A DNA stretch of 64,000 nt. It comes from Mobula hypostoma. Taxonomy: Eukaryota. Shown here in pieces: positions 22,303 to 35,196 of the stretch. Each line of letters begins with the position of its first letter. Position 1 is the stretch's first letter. The notes below the pieces were generated by a model, which searched no databases, was not told where the DNA came from, and was given only the letters and a program-made list of their open reading frames with translations. The DNA lies in assembly GCF_963921235.1 (NCBI RefSeq), contig NC_086107.1, positions 93,312,001-93,376,000 on the forward strand, read 5' to 3'. The translations under genes and the position numbers were made by a program.

Positions 22303-23506
22303 TACCTCGACTATACCTCTTCCCACCCCGCCACATGCAAAAATGCCATTCCCTATTCCCAGTTCCTCCGTCTTCGCCGCATCTGCTCTGAGGATGAGGC
22401 TTTCAGTTCCAGGACATCTCAAACGTCCTCTTTCTTTAAGGATCGTGGTTTCCCTTCTACCATCTTCAATGATGCCCTCACCCACATCTCTTCCATTTCC
22501 CGCACTTTCAATGATGCCCTCACCCCATCCTCCCGCAACCACAACAGGGACAGAGTTCCCCTTGTCCTCACCTACCTGCCCAGAACCCTCCGGATCCAGC
22601 ACACTATCCTCCGCAACTTCCGCCACCTTCAACAGGACCCCACCACTAAGCACATCTTTCCCTCTCCATCCCTCTCCACCCTCTGCAGGGATCGGTCCCT
22701 CCGCGACTCCCTTATCCGCACGTCCATCCCCACGAATCTCCCACCCGGCACTTATCCCTGTAAGCATAAGTGTTACACTTGTCCCTACACCTCCTCTCTT
22801 GCCACCAGTCAGGGCCCCAAACAGTCCTTCCAGGTGAGGCAACACTTCACTTGTGAGTCTGTTGGGGTCATCTATTGCATCCAGTGCTCCCGGTGCGGCC
22901 TCCTCTACATCGGTGAAACCCGACGAAGATTGGGGGACCACTTCGTCGAGCACTTCCACTCCATCCGCCACAACAGACAGGATCTCCCAGTAGCCACCCA
23001 CCAACTCTGCTTCCCACTCCCATTCAGATATGTCCATACATGGCCTCCTCTACTGCCATGATGAGGCTAAACTCAGGTTGGAGGAGCAACACCTCATATA
23101 CCGTCTAGGTAGTCTCCAGCCCTTTGGTATGAACATAGAATTCTCCAACTTCTGGTAATTCCCTCCCGCTCCCTTCATCTATCCCTATTTCACTCTGTCC
23201 CCTCTCCCAGCTACCTATAACCTCCCTCATGGTTCCGCCTCCTTCTTCTACTACCCATTGTTTTCCTGCCTATGACGTCGATGCTTCCCCTCCCCCACCC
23301 CTTTGTCTTTCAAATTACTGATCTTTCAACCGAACCTACAACCATTCTTCAAATCCTTCCCCCTCCTTCATTCTTCAGTCCTGACGAAGGTTTCCGGCCC
23401 GAAACGTCGGCTCATCGTTTCCACTGAAGCTGCCCGGCCTGCTGAGTTCCTCCAGCGCACTGTAAGTGTTGCTTTGATCCCAGCATCTGCAGATTATTTT
23501 GTGTTT
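22303..23506 (+). mobile_element. 5'-truncated Penelope-like element: RT thumb, GIY-YIG endonuclease and pseudo-LTR
   Basis: ORF 22834-23061 FTCESVGVIYCIQCSRCGLLYIGETRRRLGDHFVEH (GIY-YIG with CxxC). Upstream IPYSQFLRLRRICS. Pyrimidine-rich pLTR with a hammerhead core. Confidence 0.92.
23376..23412 (+). ncRNA. Minimal type I hammerhead ribozyme motif in the Penelope pLTR
   Basis: AGTC-CTGACGA-A-[GG...CC]-GAAAC-GTC-GGCT: both core boxes, helix I AGTC/GGCT, palindromic ACGT in place of helix III, and a GUC triplet at 23406-23408. Helix II is weakened. Confidence 0.75.
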
Positions 23507-23752
23507 TCAATAAACCAGTTGTTTGGAATAACTGGTGTATCAGGGCTGTGTGTGTCTGTACCTGCACCACCACCACCCCTGGCACGCCTTCTCTGCCACC
23601 TGTCCCACCGCCCCTCCTGCAGCGCTCCACCCTCGCCATGCCCAACATCCTTTACCCTGCACAGATTTACGAATTTGCTCTCCATTCCACATTGACAAAT
23701 ACAGTACTGTACAAAAGTGTTAGGCACCCTAGCTCCATATATATACACAGAC

Positions 23753-23791
<39 letters not shown>

Positions 23792-24355
23792 TATTTACAT
23801 GTGTGTGTGTGTGTGCCTAAAACTTTTACACAGTACATATGACAAACAAAGCTACTTTTTTGATTTTATTAGTTCTATTAAGTCTCCAATTCCTCTAACG
23901 TTTGGTCTACCACCTCACACAGATGTGGGACTATTACAATGCAAGGCACAAATTGGTCACAAGCAGGATATACAAGTCACATTTTTCAACTTTTATACCT
24001 CTGCAGACAGGTAACAAAATATTTAAGAATCACTCACCTCTCTCTCATACCACGATCTCCTGTCTGTCTCATTAACAGCTGTCAGACACATTAAAGTAAG
24101 ATTGAAAAAGGAACCGCCCCCACCCCCACATACATTATCAGATTGCTTGTAATTCAAGATTCAAGTTTATTTAACAAATGTACATGGAAACATACGGTGA
24201 AATGCATCATTCGTGTAACCAACCAACACAACAGGAGTATGCTAGGGGAAAGTGTCGCCACGCATTCCACTGCCAACGTAGCCTACCCTCAGTGCTCAAA
24301 AGAACAACACAGAACAGAGCAACAACAGGAAAACAAATCCCCATTCTTCAAGCAC

Positions 24356-27300
24356 AATGAGATTCCAGGAGGGCTGGAAAATTGTAAAGGCCACTCCACT
24401 CTTTAAGAAGGGAGGGATGCAGAAAAAAAGAGATTATAGGCCAGTTAGCCTGACTTCAGAGGTTGGGAAGATGTTGGAGTCCATTATTAAGGATGAGGTG
24501 TCAGGGTACTTGGAGGCACATGTCAAAGTCAGCATGCTTTCCCTTCAGGGGAAATGCTGCTGGAATTACTGCTGGAATTCTTTAGGAAATAAGAGGCAGG
24601 ATAGACAAAGAAAAATCAGTGGATGTTCTATACTTAGATTTTCAGAATACCTTTGACAAGGTGCCACACATGAGGCTGCTTAACAAGATAAGAGCCTATG
24701 GTATTAAACAAAAGATACTAACATAGATAGAAGATTGGCTGACTGGCAAAAACGGGGGCCTTTTCTGGTTGGGTGCCGATGACTTCTGATGTTCTGCAGG
24801 TGTCCATGCTGGGACCACTTCTTTTCACGCTATATGTCAGTGACTAGATTGGCAGAATTTATGGCTTTGTGGCCAGGCTGGCAGATGATATGAAGATAGG
24901 TGGAGGGGCAGGTAGTTTTGAGGAAGCAGAGAGGCTACAGAGGACTTAGACAGATTGGGAGAATGGGCAAAGAAATAGCAAATGGAATATAGTGTAGGGA
25001 AGTGTATGGCCTGACAGAAGGAATAAAGGCACGGGCTTTTCTAAATGGGCAGAAAATTCAAAAATCAGGGGCGCAAAGAGGTTTGGGAGTCCTTGTGCAG
25101 GATTCCCTAAAGGTAATATGCAGGTTTAGTCAGTGATGAGGAAGACAAATGCAATGTTAGCATTCATTTCAAGAGGGCTGGAATATAAAAGCAAGGATGT
25201 AATGTTGAAACTTTATGAAGCGCTGGTGAGGCCTCATTTGAAATATTGTGAGCAGTTTTGGGCCCCCTATCTTAGAAAGGATGTGATGAAACTGGAGAGG
25301 GTTCGAAGAAGGATTATGAAAATGATTCCAGGATTGAGTGGTTTGTCATCTGAGGAGTGTTTGATGACTCTGGGTCTGTATTCACTAGAATTCAGAAGAA
25401 TGAGGGGTGACCTCATTGAAACCTATTGAATGGTGAAAGGTCTCAATAAAGGAGAGGATGTTTCCTGTGCTGGGAGAGTCTAAGACTCGAGGTCACAGCC
25501 TTAAAATAGAGGGACGTCCTTTTAGATCAGAGATGAGGAAGAATTTCTTTGATAGATTGTTGTGAATCTGTGGAATTCACTGTCACAAATGGCTGTGGAG
25601 GCCAAGTCATTGGGTAAATTTAAAGCAGAGTTTAATAGATCCTTGATTAGTCAGGGTGTTAAATGGTACGGGCAGAAGACAGGAGAGTGGGGTTGAGAGA
25701 TAATAGATCATCTATGATAGAATGACAGAGCAGACTATATACAAAGTCAGGAATTGAAAGGTTGAACATGGTGGGACTAATGTTCTGAGTTGTGTATATT
25801 TTAATGGAAGGAGTATTGTAAGAAAGGTGGATGAGTTCAGGGCATTGATCAGAACATGGAATTATAACATCACAGGTTCCACAGATGTCTTCTTTTTACA
25901 TTATATTTCAATGATTTGGATGACAGGACTAATGGTTTTGTGCCCACGTTTGTGGACGATACGAAAATAGGTGGCGGGGCAGGTGGTTTTGAGGAAGCAG
26001 AGAGGCTACAGTAGGACTATATTTAAGAGGGAGTTAGATATGGCCCTTGTGGCTAAAGGGATCGGGGGTATGGAGGGAAGGCTGGTACAGGGTTCTGAGT
26101 TGGATGATCAGCCATGATCATACTGAATGGCAGTGCAGGCTCGAAGGGCCGAATGGCCTACTCCTGCACCTATTTTCTATGTTTCTATGTTTCTATGACT
26201 TAAACCGATTAGGAGAATGGGCAAAGAAGTGGTAGAGGGAAGTGCATGGGTATTCACTTTGGTAGCAGGAATAAAGGCATGCTCTATTTTGTAAACGGGG
26301 AGAAAATTAAAATATTAGAGGCGCAAAGGGATTTGGGAGTCCTCATGCTCCCTCCCTAACCTCCCTAAGCATTAACTTGCAGGTTGAGACAGTGGTAAGG
26401 AAGGCAAATGCAGTTGCTTGTGGTTTTCAAGAATGAGAAGTCGAGGGAACATATACCGGTCCTCAGCGAGGGATGGGAAGTGGAAAGGATGAGCAGTTTC
26501 CAGCTCCCAGGTGTCAACATCTGCAGGGATCAATTCTGCCAACATATTGATGCCATTACAAAGTGGCTATATTTCATTAGGAGTTTGAGGAGGAATAGTA
26601 GGTCACCAAAGACACTCACAAATCTCTGCAGGTGTATTGTGGAGAGCATTCTTACTGGTTGTATCATTGTCTGCACGGGATCGGAAAAAGCCGCAGAAAG
26701 TTGCGAACTCACCCAGCTCCATCGTGGGCAATAGCCTCCCCTGCATCCAGGACACCGTCAAAAGGCAAAATCTCAGGACGATGACATTCATCATTAAGGA
26801 ACCCCATCACACAGGACGTGCCCTCTTCTCATTGCAACCATCGGGGAGGAGGCACAGGAGCCTGAAGACCCACACTCAATGGTTGAGGAACTGCTTCTTC
26901 CCCTCAGCCATCAGATTTCTGAATGGACACTGAACCCATGTAAACTATCTCCGTATTTTTCCCCTCTTTTTTTGCACTGCTTATTTGATTATTTATCATA
27001 TATATATATACACACACACACATATATACACATACATATATATAATATATGTACATATACATACACACATCTTAATGTAATTTATAATTTTTATTATTCT
27101 ATTGCGATATGCTGCTGCCGCAAAACAAATTTCACAACATATTGTATGCCAGCAATATTAAAACTGATTCTGATTCTGATTCTGCAATATCCGTATTCAT
27201 TTCAAGAAGCAATCGTTAGTCTTGCGAGACCATGGATCTGCGCCTGGAAACTCTTCACTCTCCAGGGCGTAGGCCTGGGCAAGGTTGTATGGAAGACCGG

Positions 27301-28040
27301 CAGTTGCCCATGCTGCAAGTCTCCCCTCTCCACGACACCGATGTTGTCCAAGGGAAGGGCATTAGGACCCATACAGCTTGGCACCAGTGTCGTCACAGAG
27401 CAATGTGTGATTAAGTGCCTTGCTCAAAGACATTTCAAGAGGACTATAATATAAAAGCAAGGATGTAATGCTGAGGCTTTATAAAGCATTGTGCAGACTA
27501 CATTTGGAGTATTGTGAGGAGTTTTGGGTCCCTTATCTAAGAAAAGATATTAGAGAGAGTCCGGAGGAGGTTCATGAGAATTATTCCAGGAATGAAAGGG
27601 TTAACGTATGAGGTGCCTTTGATGTTTCTGAGCTTGTACTCACGGGAGTTTAGAAGAATGACGGGGGACCTATTGAAACCTACTGAATATCGAAAAGCCT
27701 GAATAGAATGGATGTAGAGAAGTTGTTACCTATAGTGGAGGAGTCTAGGGGCAGAGGGCACAGCCTCAGAGTAGAGGAACACCCATTTAGAACAGAGATG
27801 AGGAGGAATTTCTTCAGCCAGAGAGTGGTGAATCTGCGGAATTCATTGCCACAGACAGCTGTGCAGGCCAGTTCATTGAGCATATTTAAAGCGGAGTTTG
27901 ATAGGTTCTTAATTAGTCAGACAATCAAAGGTTATGGGGAGAAGGCAGGAGACTGGGGGTGAGAGGAAGAATAAAGCAGCCATGATGGAATGGCGGAGTG
28001 GATTCAGTGAGCTAAACGGCCTAATTCTGCTCCTATTGCT
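24356..28040 (+). mobile_element. Cluster of decayed CR1 ORF2/3' segments (24356-25740, 25890-26410 with 27433-28040, young tail 26019-26197) with a nested Rex1 (about 26415-27184)
   Basis: [22 protein letters not shown] and RRNFFSQRVVNL for CR1. RCIVESILTGCI and RNCFFPSAIRFLN for Rex1. Confidence 0.85.
27209..27432 (-). mobile_element. tRNA-derived SINE, copy 2 (5'-truncated)
   Basis: Reverse complement of the 3' two-thirds of 15493-15798. Confidence 0.88.
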
Positions 28041-28606
28041 CTTCAGTCCCGGCCGCCCACATGCACAGTCCTCTAACCTGAGACGGTCCGTATTCTTTGG
28101 CCTCCAGCAGACCTGGATTCGGACAATCACTGACCGCGGGGGAGCCATGCACCTTCGTCCATATTGGTCTGTTGGCCAGCGAGCAAACTGTGGATGTCAC
28201 TCATCCACATTACCGACCTTTGACGCGGAGTGGAGATTTAAGACTTATGACTCTGGTGTGTCAGCTAATTCCCCCACAGTCCTGTCCTGAAAACACCAAC
28301 CTGACCTACAACTGCCCTCTCTATCCACAAAACCATCACCACCAGCTCAACAAAACACTAAAATAAAAACAGCTAAAGCTGAGCCACAACCTCAACAGAA
28401 GTCTCAGCTCAGCAAAATCTTGAGCCTCACTGTTAGCTCTGGTATGGAGCCATTCAAAGTTAAACAAGATGGATGAAAATACAAGGATATTTTGAGACAG
28501 AAAGTGGGAAAACTAGGCGTATGAATGGGCAATTCAGCCTTTTAAGTTTGTTCTATTGACCAATCAAATTTAATATCACTTGATCCCTTCATTAAATATC
28601 CAGCTC

Positions 28607-29164
28607 CTCAGTGGCCACTTTATTAGGTACACAGGTACACGTGCTCATTAATGCTAATATATCTAATCAGCCAACCGTGTGGCAGCAACAATGCATAAAA
28701 ACGTGCAGACATGGTCAAGAGGTTTAGTTGTTCAAATCAAACATCTGCATGGGGAAGAAATGTGATCTCACTGACTTTGACCGTTGGTGCCAGACAGGGT
28801 GGCTTCAGCATCTCAGAAGCTGCTGATCTCCTGGGATTTTCACGCACATCGGTCGGTAGACTTTATGTAGGAGGTTGCGATAAACGAGAAAACATCCAGT
28901 GAGCGGTTGCTCTGTGGGCGAAAGCACCTCTTTAGAGGTCAGAGGAGAATGGCCAGATTGGATCTAGCTGGCAGGAAGGCAACAATATGTCAAATAAAAA
29001 TGGGTGTTACAATAGCGGTGTGCAGAAGAGCAACTCTGAACGTACAACATGTCGAAACCTGAAATAGGTGGGCTACAGCAGCAGCAGGTCACAATCATAC
29101 AGAAGTGCACCTAGTGGCCATTTTAATAGGTACCTTCTGTACCTAATAAAGTGGCCAGTGAGTG
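28607..29164 (+). mobile_element. Internally deleted Tc1-like transposon
   Basis: TIRs ctcagtggccactttattaggtac and gtacctaataaagtggccagtgagtg|TA. Transposase N-terminal remnant VGARQGGFSISEAADLLGFSRT. Confidence 0.88.
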
Positions 29165-29319
29165 TATATAAATAGAATAGACATATATTATTTATTTTTT
29201 TAATGACTTGGCTTCGAATACTTTCGATGGTAGAGAACAGCATCGCTCACACTAGGCAACTTAGTAGAGGCAACAGCAAGGGAAAGCTTTGCATTGATAG
29301 AGACAAAATCAGAACATCT

Positions 29320-29620
29320 GACACCACTTTGGAACCAGCAAAGTGCTTTGAAGTTTCATCGCAGGAATAGCAGGAGCCAATTTGCAGAGAGCAAGCTCCC
29401 ACCAAGAGCAAATGAGATAATGTCCGGATATTCAGGCTCAGTGCTGTCATAGGAGGAAGATTAATGATCAACACAGCATGGGAGATTGCCCCTGCTCTGC
29501 TTTGTGTCATGATGCCAATGGATCTTTTACATCCATCTGAGCAAGCAGGCAAGCTCTCGACTCCATACCACAGTCAAAAGGCAGAACCCCCAGCATAACA
29601 GCACTGAAGTATCAGCCTAA
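29320..29620 (-). mobile_element. Old Deu-domain SINE (SacSINE1/AmnSINE-like)
   Basis: gccaatggatcttttacatccatctgagcaagcaggc...gcactgaagtatcagcct matches my recall of the Deu-domain reverse complement. A plus-strand remnant lies at about 41310-41530. Confidence 0.55.
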
Positions 29621-29624
29621 TTAA

Positions 29625-30474
29625 GAACCTGGTGGCATGGTGCAAAGACAATAACCTATCCCTCAACGTCAGCAAGACGAAGGAATTGGTTGTTGACTTC
29701 AGAAGGAGTAGCGGACCGCACGACTCAATTTACATCGGTGGCGCGCAAGTGGAACAGGTCAAAAGCTTTAAGTTTCTCGGGGTCAATATCACAAATGACC
29801 TGACTTGGTCCAACCAAGCAGAGTCCACTGCCAAGAAGGCCCACCAGCGCCTTTACTTCCTGAGGAAGCTAAAGAAATTTGGGCTGTCCCCTAAATTTTT
29901 ATAGATGCACCGTAGAAAGCATTCTTCTAGGGTGTATCACAACCTGGTATGGAAGTTGTCCTGTCCAAGACCGAAAGAAGCTGCAGAAGATCATGAACAT
30001 GGCGCAGTACATCACTTAAACCAATCTTCCATCCTTGGACTCACTTTACACCGCACGCTGTTGGAGCAGTGCTGCCAGGGTAATCAAGGACACGACCCAC
30101 CCAGCCAACACCTTTTTGTCCCTCTTCCCTCCAGGAGAAGGCTCAGGAGCTTGAAGACTCGTACGGCCAGATTTGGGAACAGCTTCTTTCCAACTGTGAT
30201 AAGATTGCTGAACGGATCCTGACCCAGATCTGGGCCGTACCCTCCAAATATCCGGACCTGCCTCTCAGATTTTTTGCACTGCCTTACTTTCCATTTTTCT
30301 GTTTTCTATTTATGATTTATAATTTAAAATTTCAATATTTACTAATTTTTACTATTTTTAATATTTAATATTTGTAATCCAGGGAGCGGGAAGCGCAGAA
30401 TCAAATATCGTTGTGATGATTGTACGTTCTAGTATCAATTGTTTGGCGACAATAAAGTATAAAGTATAAAGTAT
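29625..30474 (+). mobile_element. Relatively young Rex1/Babar LINE 3' fragment
   Basis: WCKDNNLSLNVSKTKELVVDFRR...KFLGV...KKAHQRLYFLRKL, NSFFPTVIRLLN, and a (taaagta)n tail. Confidence 0.92.
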
Positions 30475-30897
30475 AACTTGGACGATGAGGATAGACCTGA
30501 ACTCCTGGCCTTCAGAGCCAGTGTTTGAAACGATATCAATTCAACTGTAACCAACACAAAGGTGGCCGCTAGCGTAACAGATAGCGAGACACCTTACAGT
30601 GCAGACAATCGCGGATGGGTGTTCAATTCTCGCTACAGCCTGTAAGCAACTTGTACCATCTCTCTGTGACCATCTGGGTTTTGTTCAGGTAGTCCGGTAT
30701 CCCCCACATTCCAAAGACGTACCAGTTAGGGGTAGTAAGATGTGGGTTTGCTCTTTTGGTGCTGTAAGTATGGTGACACTTGTGGCCTGACCCCAGCACG
30801 TTCTCAGACTGTGGTCGCTGGCGCAAAACAACATATTTCACTGCATGTTTCAATATTTTGATGTACATGTGACAAATAAAGTTAATCTCTTCTCTAG

Positions 30898-31293
30898 CAA
30901 CGCACACAGAATTTCTGGAGGAACCAGCGGGCCAGGCAGCAGCTATGCAAGGGAATAAGCAGTCAACATTTCGGCCAAGACCCCTCATCAGGAAAGGTCT
31001 CAGCACAAAACATCACCTGCTTATTCCCCTCTGTAGATTTATTTATTGAGTTGCACCGCAATAAATCCCCCGATTTAATCTCGGGACAATTTACAGTGAC
31101 CGATTAACCTACCTACCAGTACATCTTTGGACTGTGGGAAGAAACCCACGCAGTCACGTGGAGAAAATACAAACTCCTTACAGACAGTGGTGGGAATTGA
31201 ACCTGGGTCTCTGGTACCACAGAGCGTTGTGCTGCCTGTCCAGCATTTCCTGTGTGTGCTGCCCTAGATTTCCAGCATCTTTCTCTTGTGTTT
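30898..31293. mobile_element. Short fold-back Penelope-terminus element split by an HE1-like V-SINE (31038-31229, minus strand)
   Basis: The minus-oriented terminus with hammerhead (30960-30993) is joined directly to a plus-oriented half-hammerhead and terminus. Confidence 0.7.
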
Positions 31294-31611
31294 ATAATCT
31301 CTTCTCTCATCACTTTTCTCTACGGACCAAAACCTCCTAAGCAAAGTCTGTTCTTCAGTCAAACAAATGTAAAAAGAGCATTAAAAGATATTAACACTAC
31401 CACCTTCACGGCCATCCAGGGCCATCAACTTCTTTCACCGGTCATTGCGGGCACTCTGACAGTCACCACCATTTTATAATCCCATTTTATGATCAATTAG
31501 CTTTCACTGTTCCTTAATAACATAGTAAAGTATTTTTATTGCCACTTATTAAACTGAAACACGATAGGAGTTTTATTGTTTTCTCATGGGTAGGGAAGAG
31601 GTCACTGAATA

Positions 31612-31893
31612 TACTCAGTGGCCACTTTATTAGGTACACCTTTACACTGGCTTAATGCAAATATCTCATCAGCCAATCTTACTGCATAAAAGCGTGCAGA
31701 CATGGTCAAGAGGTTCAGTTGTCGTTCAGAGCAAACACCAGAATGGGGAAGAAATGCGATCAAAGTGACTTTGATTGTTGGTGCCAAAGAGGCTCTGGAC
31801 GCACCACACATTGAAGTTTGAGACAAATGGGCTACGGCAGCAGAAGACCTCACCGTCTTCCACTCCTGTACCTAATAAGGTAGCCACTGAGTG
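31612..31893 (+). mobile_element. Tc1-derived MITE (282 bp)
   Basis: TA at both ends (31610-31611 and 31894-31895). Same TIR family as 28607-29164. Confidence 0.88.
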
Positions 31894-31999
31894 TATACCT
31901 CTGGTCTTTGCTTCCAGAGGAGAGAACTGCCCACAATTGCAGATTGAAGAGTCCACCAACAGAGTAGCAATACACTTCAGTTCTGTGGGGTACAGGCAG

Positions 32000-32350
32000 C
32001 CAAGTGTACCGTGGGAACTCAGCAGTTCAGGCAGCGTCTATGAAGAGGAATGAAGAGCCAAGACTCTTCATCGGGACCGGAAAGGAAGTTGGGGAGAAGT
32101 CAGAATAAGGTGGGGGAGAGGAAGGAGCACAGGCTGGAATTTGATAGGTGAGTCCTATCCTACTTGAACCTTAAACTTTGAATCCGGGTGAGGGGGAAGG
32201 TAGCTGGGTGGGGAAGGGAGAGGGATGAAGTGAGAAGCTGGGAGGTGATAGGTGGAATAGGTAAGGGTTTGAAGAAGAAGGGATCTGGTAGGAGAGGAGA
32301 GAGGACCAATGGGAGGAAGGGAACCAAAGGGAGGCGATGGGTAGGGGCGA
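32000..32350 (-). mobile_element. Penelope pseudo-LTR fragment
   Basis: ggaactcagcag...ggcagcgtctatg terminus, partial hammerhead at 32055-32078, purine-rich body. Confidence 0.65.
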
Positions 32351-33119
32351 GTCCCCTCACTGAGGCTCTGCTGACCCAACTGTCACCACACATTCCGATG
32401 ACAACATATTATGCCCCCATGCTCAGCAAAACAACACAGAGCACAACAAAAACCAACGAGATAACAACAGCAAAACTAGCCCCATTCCTCCCTCCCACCC
32501 ACACACACACACAGTTCTTGAACTCCAGGACAGGCCATCTTCTTCCGCCTCCACCCAACTTGGACTCAGACTCTTAAAGTACAAAGGACTTGAACTTGTA
32601 GACATTGGGCTTCAAAATCCACATGGACTCGCAGAGCTTCCTAGATCTGGGGCTCCGGTCAATGAACCTTGACTTCCAGAATTCCAGTTTGACCCTGGGA
32701 CCTCTCTCCAGGTTATCTTCACTCCACTACTTCGGACCTCCCCAAATGTAATCACTCCACCATTGTTGGTCATGCCTCTGAAATTCCCTCCCTACATATC
32801 TCTTTCCTCTTCTCAGGTGCTATTAAAATAGGCCTCATTGACCAAGCTTCTGATTGCTGTCCTAAAGTGGTTTGGCATTGTTTTTGTTTTGACTATCTCC
32901 TTGGGATGCTTTTACAAATATTAAAAATGCTATAAAAAGGAAATTCTTGTTAAAAGACTCGACAGAAGAAGATAGTTTTCTAAACCACCTTGATTGGTTC
33001 ATTGTCATTTTCATAGAGTCATAGTTACATAGCACAGAAATAGGCCCTTTGGCCCAACTCATTCGTGCTGGCCAACCAAGTTACCTACTTGAGGTAGCCT
33101 CTTTTGCCTGCCTCTAAAC

Positions 33120-33565
33120 AGAACATAGAACAGTACAGTACAGCCCCTTTGGCCCAAAATGATGTTACAACCTTTTAATCTACTCTAAGATCAATCTCAC
33201 CCTTCCCTCCCAAAAAACCCTCCATTTTTCTATCACCCATGTATGTAGCTAAGAGTTTCGCAAGTGTCCCCAATGTATCTACCTCCATCACCATCCCTGG
33301 CAGTGCGTTCCATGCGCTTACCATATTACGTGCAAAAATCTTACCACTGATATCCCTTATGCTTCCCTCCAGTCACCTTAAAATGATGCCCATTTATATT
33401 AGGCATGTCTGTCCTGGGATAAAGTCTCATACATCCACTCAATCTATGCCTCTTATCATCCTGTACACCTCTATTGATTCATCTTTCATCCTCCTTCAAT
33501 CCAAAGAGAAAAGCCCTAACTCATTCAACCTATTTTCGCAGGACATGGCCCTTCAATCTAGGAAG
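33120..33565 (-). mobile_element. Old CR1 3' fragment
   Basis: gaacatagaacagtacag tail and a CR1 3' ORF2 remnant. A similar piece lies at about 39895-40485. Confidence 0.75.
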
Positions 33566-35196
33566 CACCTTCAGAGCTGCTGGCTCTCTCTGGTGCTTTA
33601 CAGTCCTTCAACATGGGGATTGAGCACGTTTGAGCCTCAACCCACCAGTTACTTTCCAGGACAATTCACTCTTCCTTCCATCTTCATGTTTGACTTCTGA
33701 GTGCCTATCGCTTCATCTGAGCTGATTCCTGACACTAAGGACAATAGTTCCCGAAAACCGGGGGAAGATTATTATTAAGAGAGACAGATGATGCTGAAGA
33801 TGCTGTAGTCTGCAGCAAAAAAAAACAAACTGCTCAAGATTCAGATTATTTTGTCACGTGAACATTAAAGGATACAGCGAAATAGGTCACTTTGCATTAA
33901 CAACCAACACACCCAAGGCTGCATGGGGGGCAGCCCACAAGAGTCATCACACGTTCCAGTGCCAGCATAGTATGCCCACATGCTCGGCAGAATGGCACAG
34001 AACACAACAAGCAACTAAACAATGGCAGCAAAAGCAAGCCCCTTTCTTCCCTCCCACCCAAGCACATACACACTCCATTTAAACCAAGCCATGTCTACAG
34101 CTTCCAGTGGACACAGTTTTGGCCTGCAGACACTAGGCTTTGGCCTCCCCAGCGGGCTCACAGAGACTCGCAGACTCAGCTCCAGCCCCCAGCCTTCTGA
34201 TTCAATCTCAGTCCCCGGCATCGATCCCAGGACGTGCCGATCTCCGAGCACTAGGCCTCGAACTCCAGAATCACCCACGACAGGACCCCTGAAGATGAGG
34301 CCTTCAACTCTGGTCTTGCTGATTCACGAATCATCAGAACTCGTTTCTTCTCAGCAGAGGTCGCAGCTCGACACCTTCTCGAAACATGCTGGAGGATCTT
34401 AGTGGGTCAGACAACATCTGTAAGGGGAAATAAACAGTCAATATTTCAGGTCAAGATGCATTAAGCATCCATTGATCAGTTCCTTCTACAGATTCGGCCT
34501 GACCGCTGAGCATCTCCAAAAGTTCCTATTAGTCGATGTTGATATACTGAATCAGAATCCAAATCAGGGTTATCATCACTGAAATTTGTTGTTTCGCAAG
34601 GCGATACATAATAATTTTAAAAACTGCTATAATTTACAATAAGAAAGGCATTGCCTTTTGAAGATGTCGCCAGGGGAGGGGAGGATTGTACCCACGATGT
34701 TCTGCTGAGCATTGCTGGCATGCTATGTTGGCGCTGAAATGGGTTGGCAACACACGCAGGCTGCGCTCAGCACACTCTAGGGTGTGTTGGTTGGTAACGT
34801 AGGCGACGCATTTCAATGCCCACGTGACAAATAAATGTTGACAGAGCTGGCTGAGTTCACAATCCTCTGCCGGTGTTTTCCAATCCCGTGGACTGGAGCC
34901 TGAATACCGGACAGTGATCCAGCCAGCTAGAATATTCTCCACAGCACAGCTGTAGAAATTTGCAACTGTCTTTGGTATGATATCAAATCTTAAATTTCAA
35001 AGTAAGTTTACTATCAAAGTGCAACATATACAACGCTGAGGTTCATTTACTTGCAGGGATATTAAATAAATACATAATTGGAATAAAAACTGTAATAAAA
35101 TCAATGACGGACTGCACCAACTTGGGTGCTCAATCAGTGTGCAAAAGGCAACAAACTGCACGAATTCCAAAAGAAAGAAATAATAATAAGAAATAA

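Larger units (their letters stand above)
21980..23838 (-). mobile_element. Composite Tc1-type MITE, copy 2, interrupted by a Penelope insertion
   Basis: Mini-hairpins at about 21980-22054 and 23702-23838. The interior is the reverse complement of 8605-9007. Confidence 0.8.

Noticed and set aside
22297..23037. 246-aa minus ORF and overlapping Ser/Pro-rich ORF
   Set aside because: Antisense and off-frame shadows of the Penelope ORF.
26879..27454. 191-aa ORF
   Set aside because: It runs across a Rex1 3' UTR, a microsatellite and an antisense SINE.
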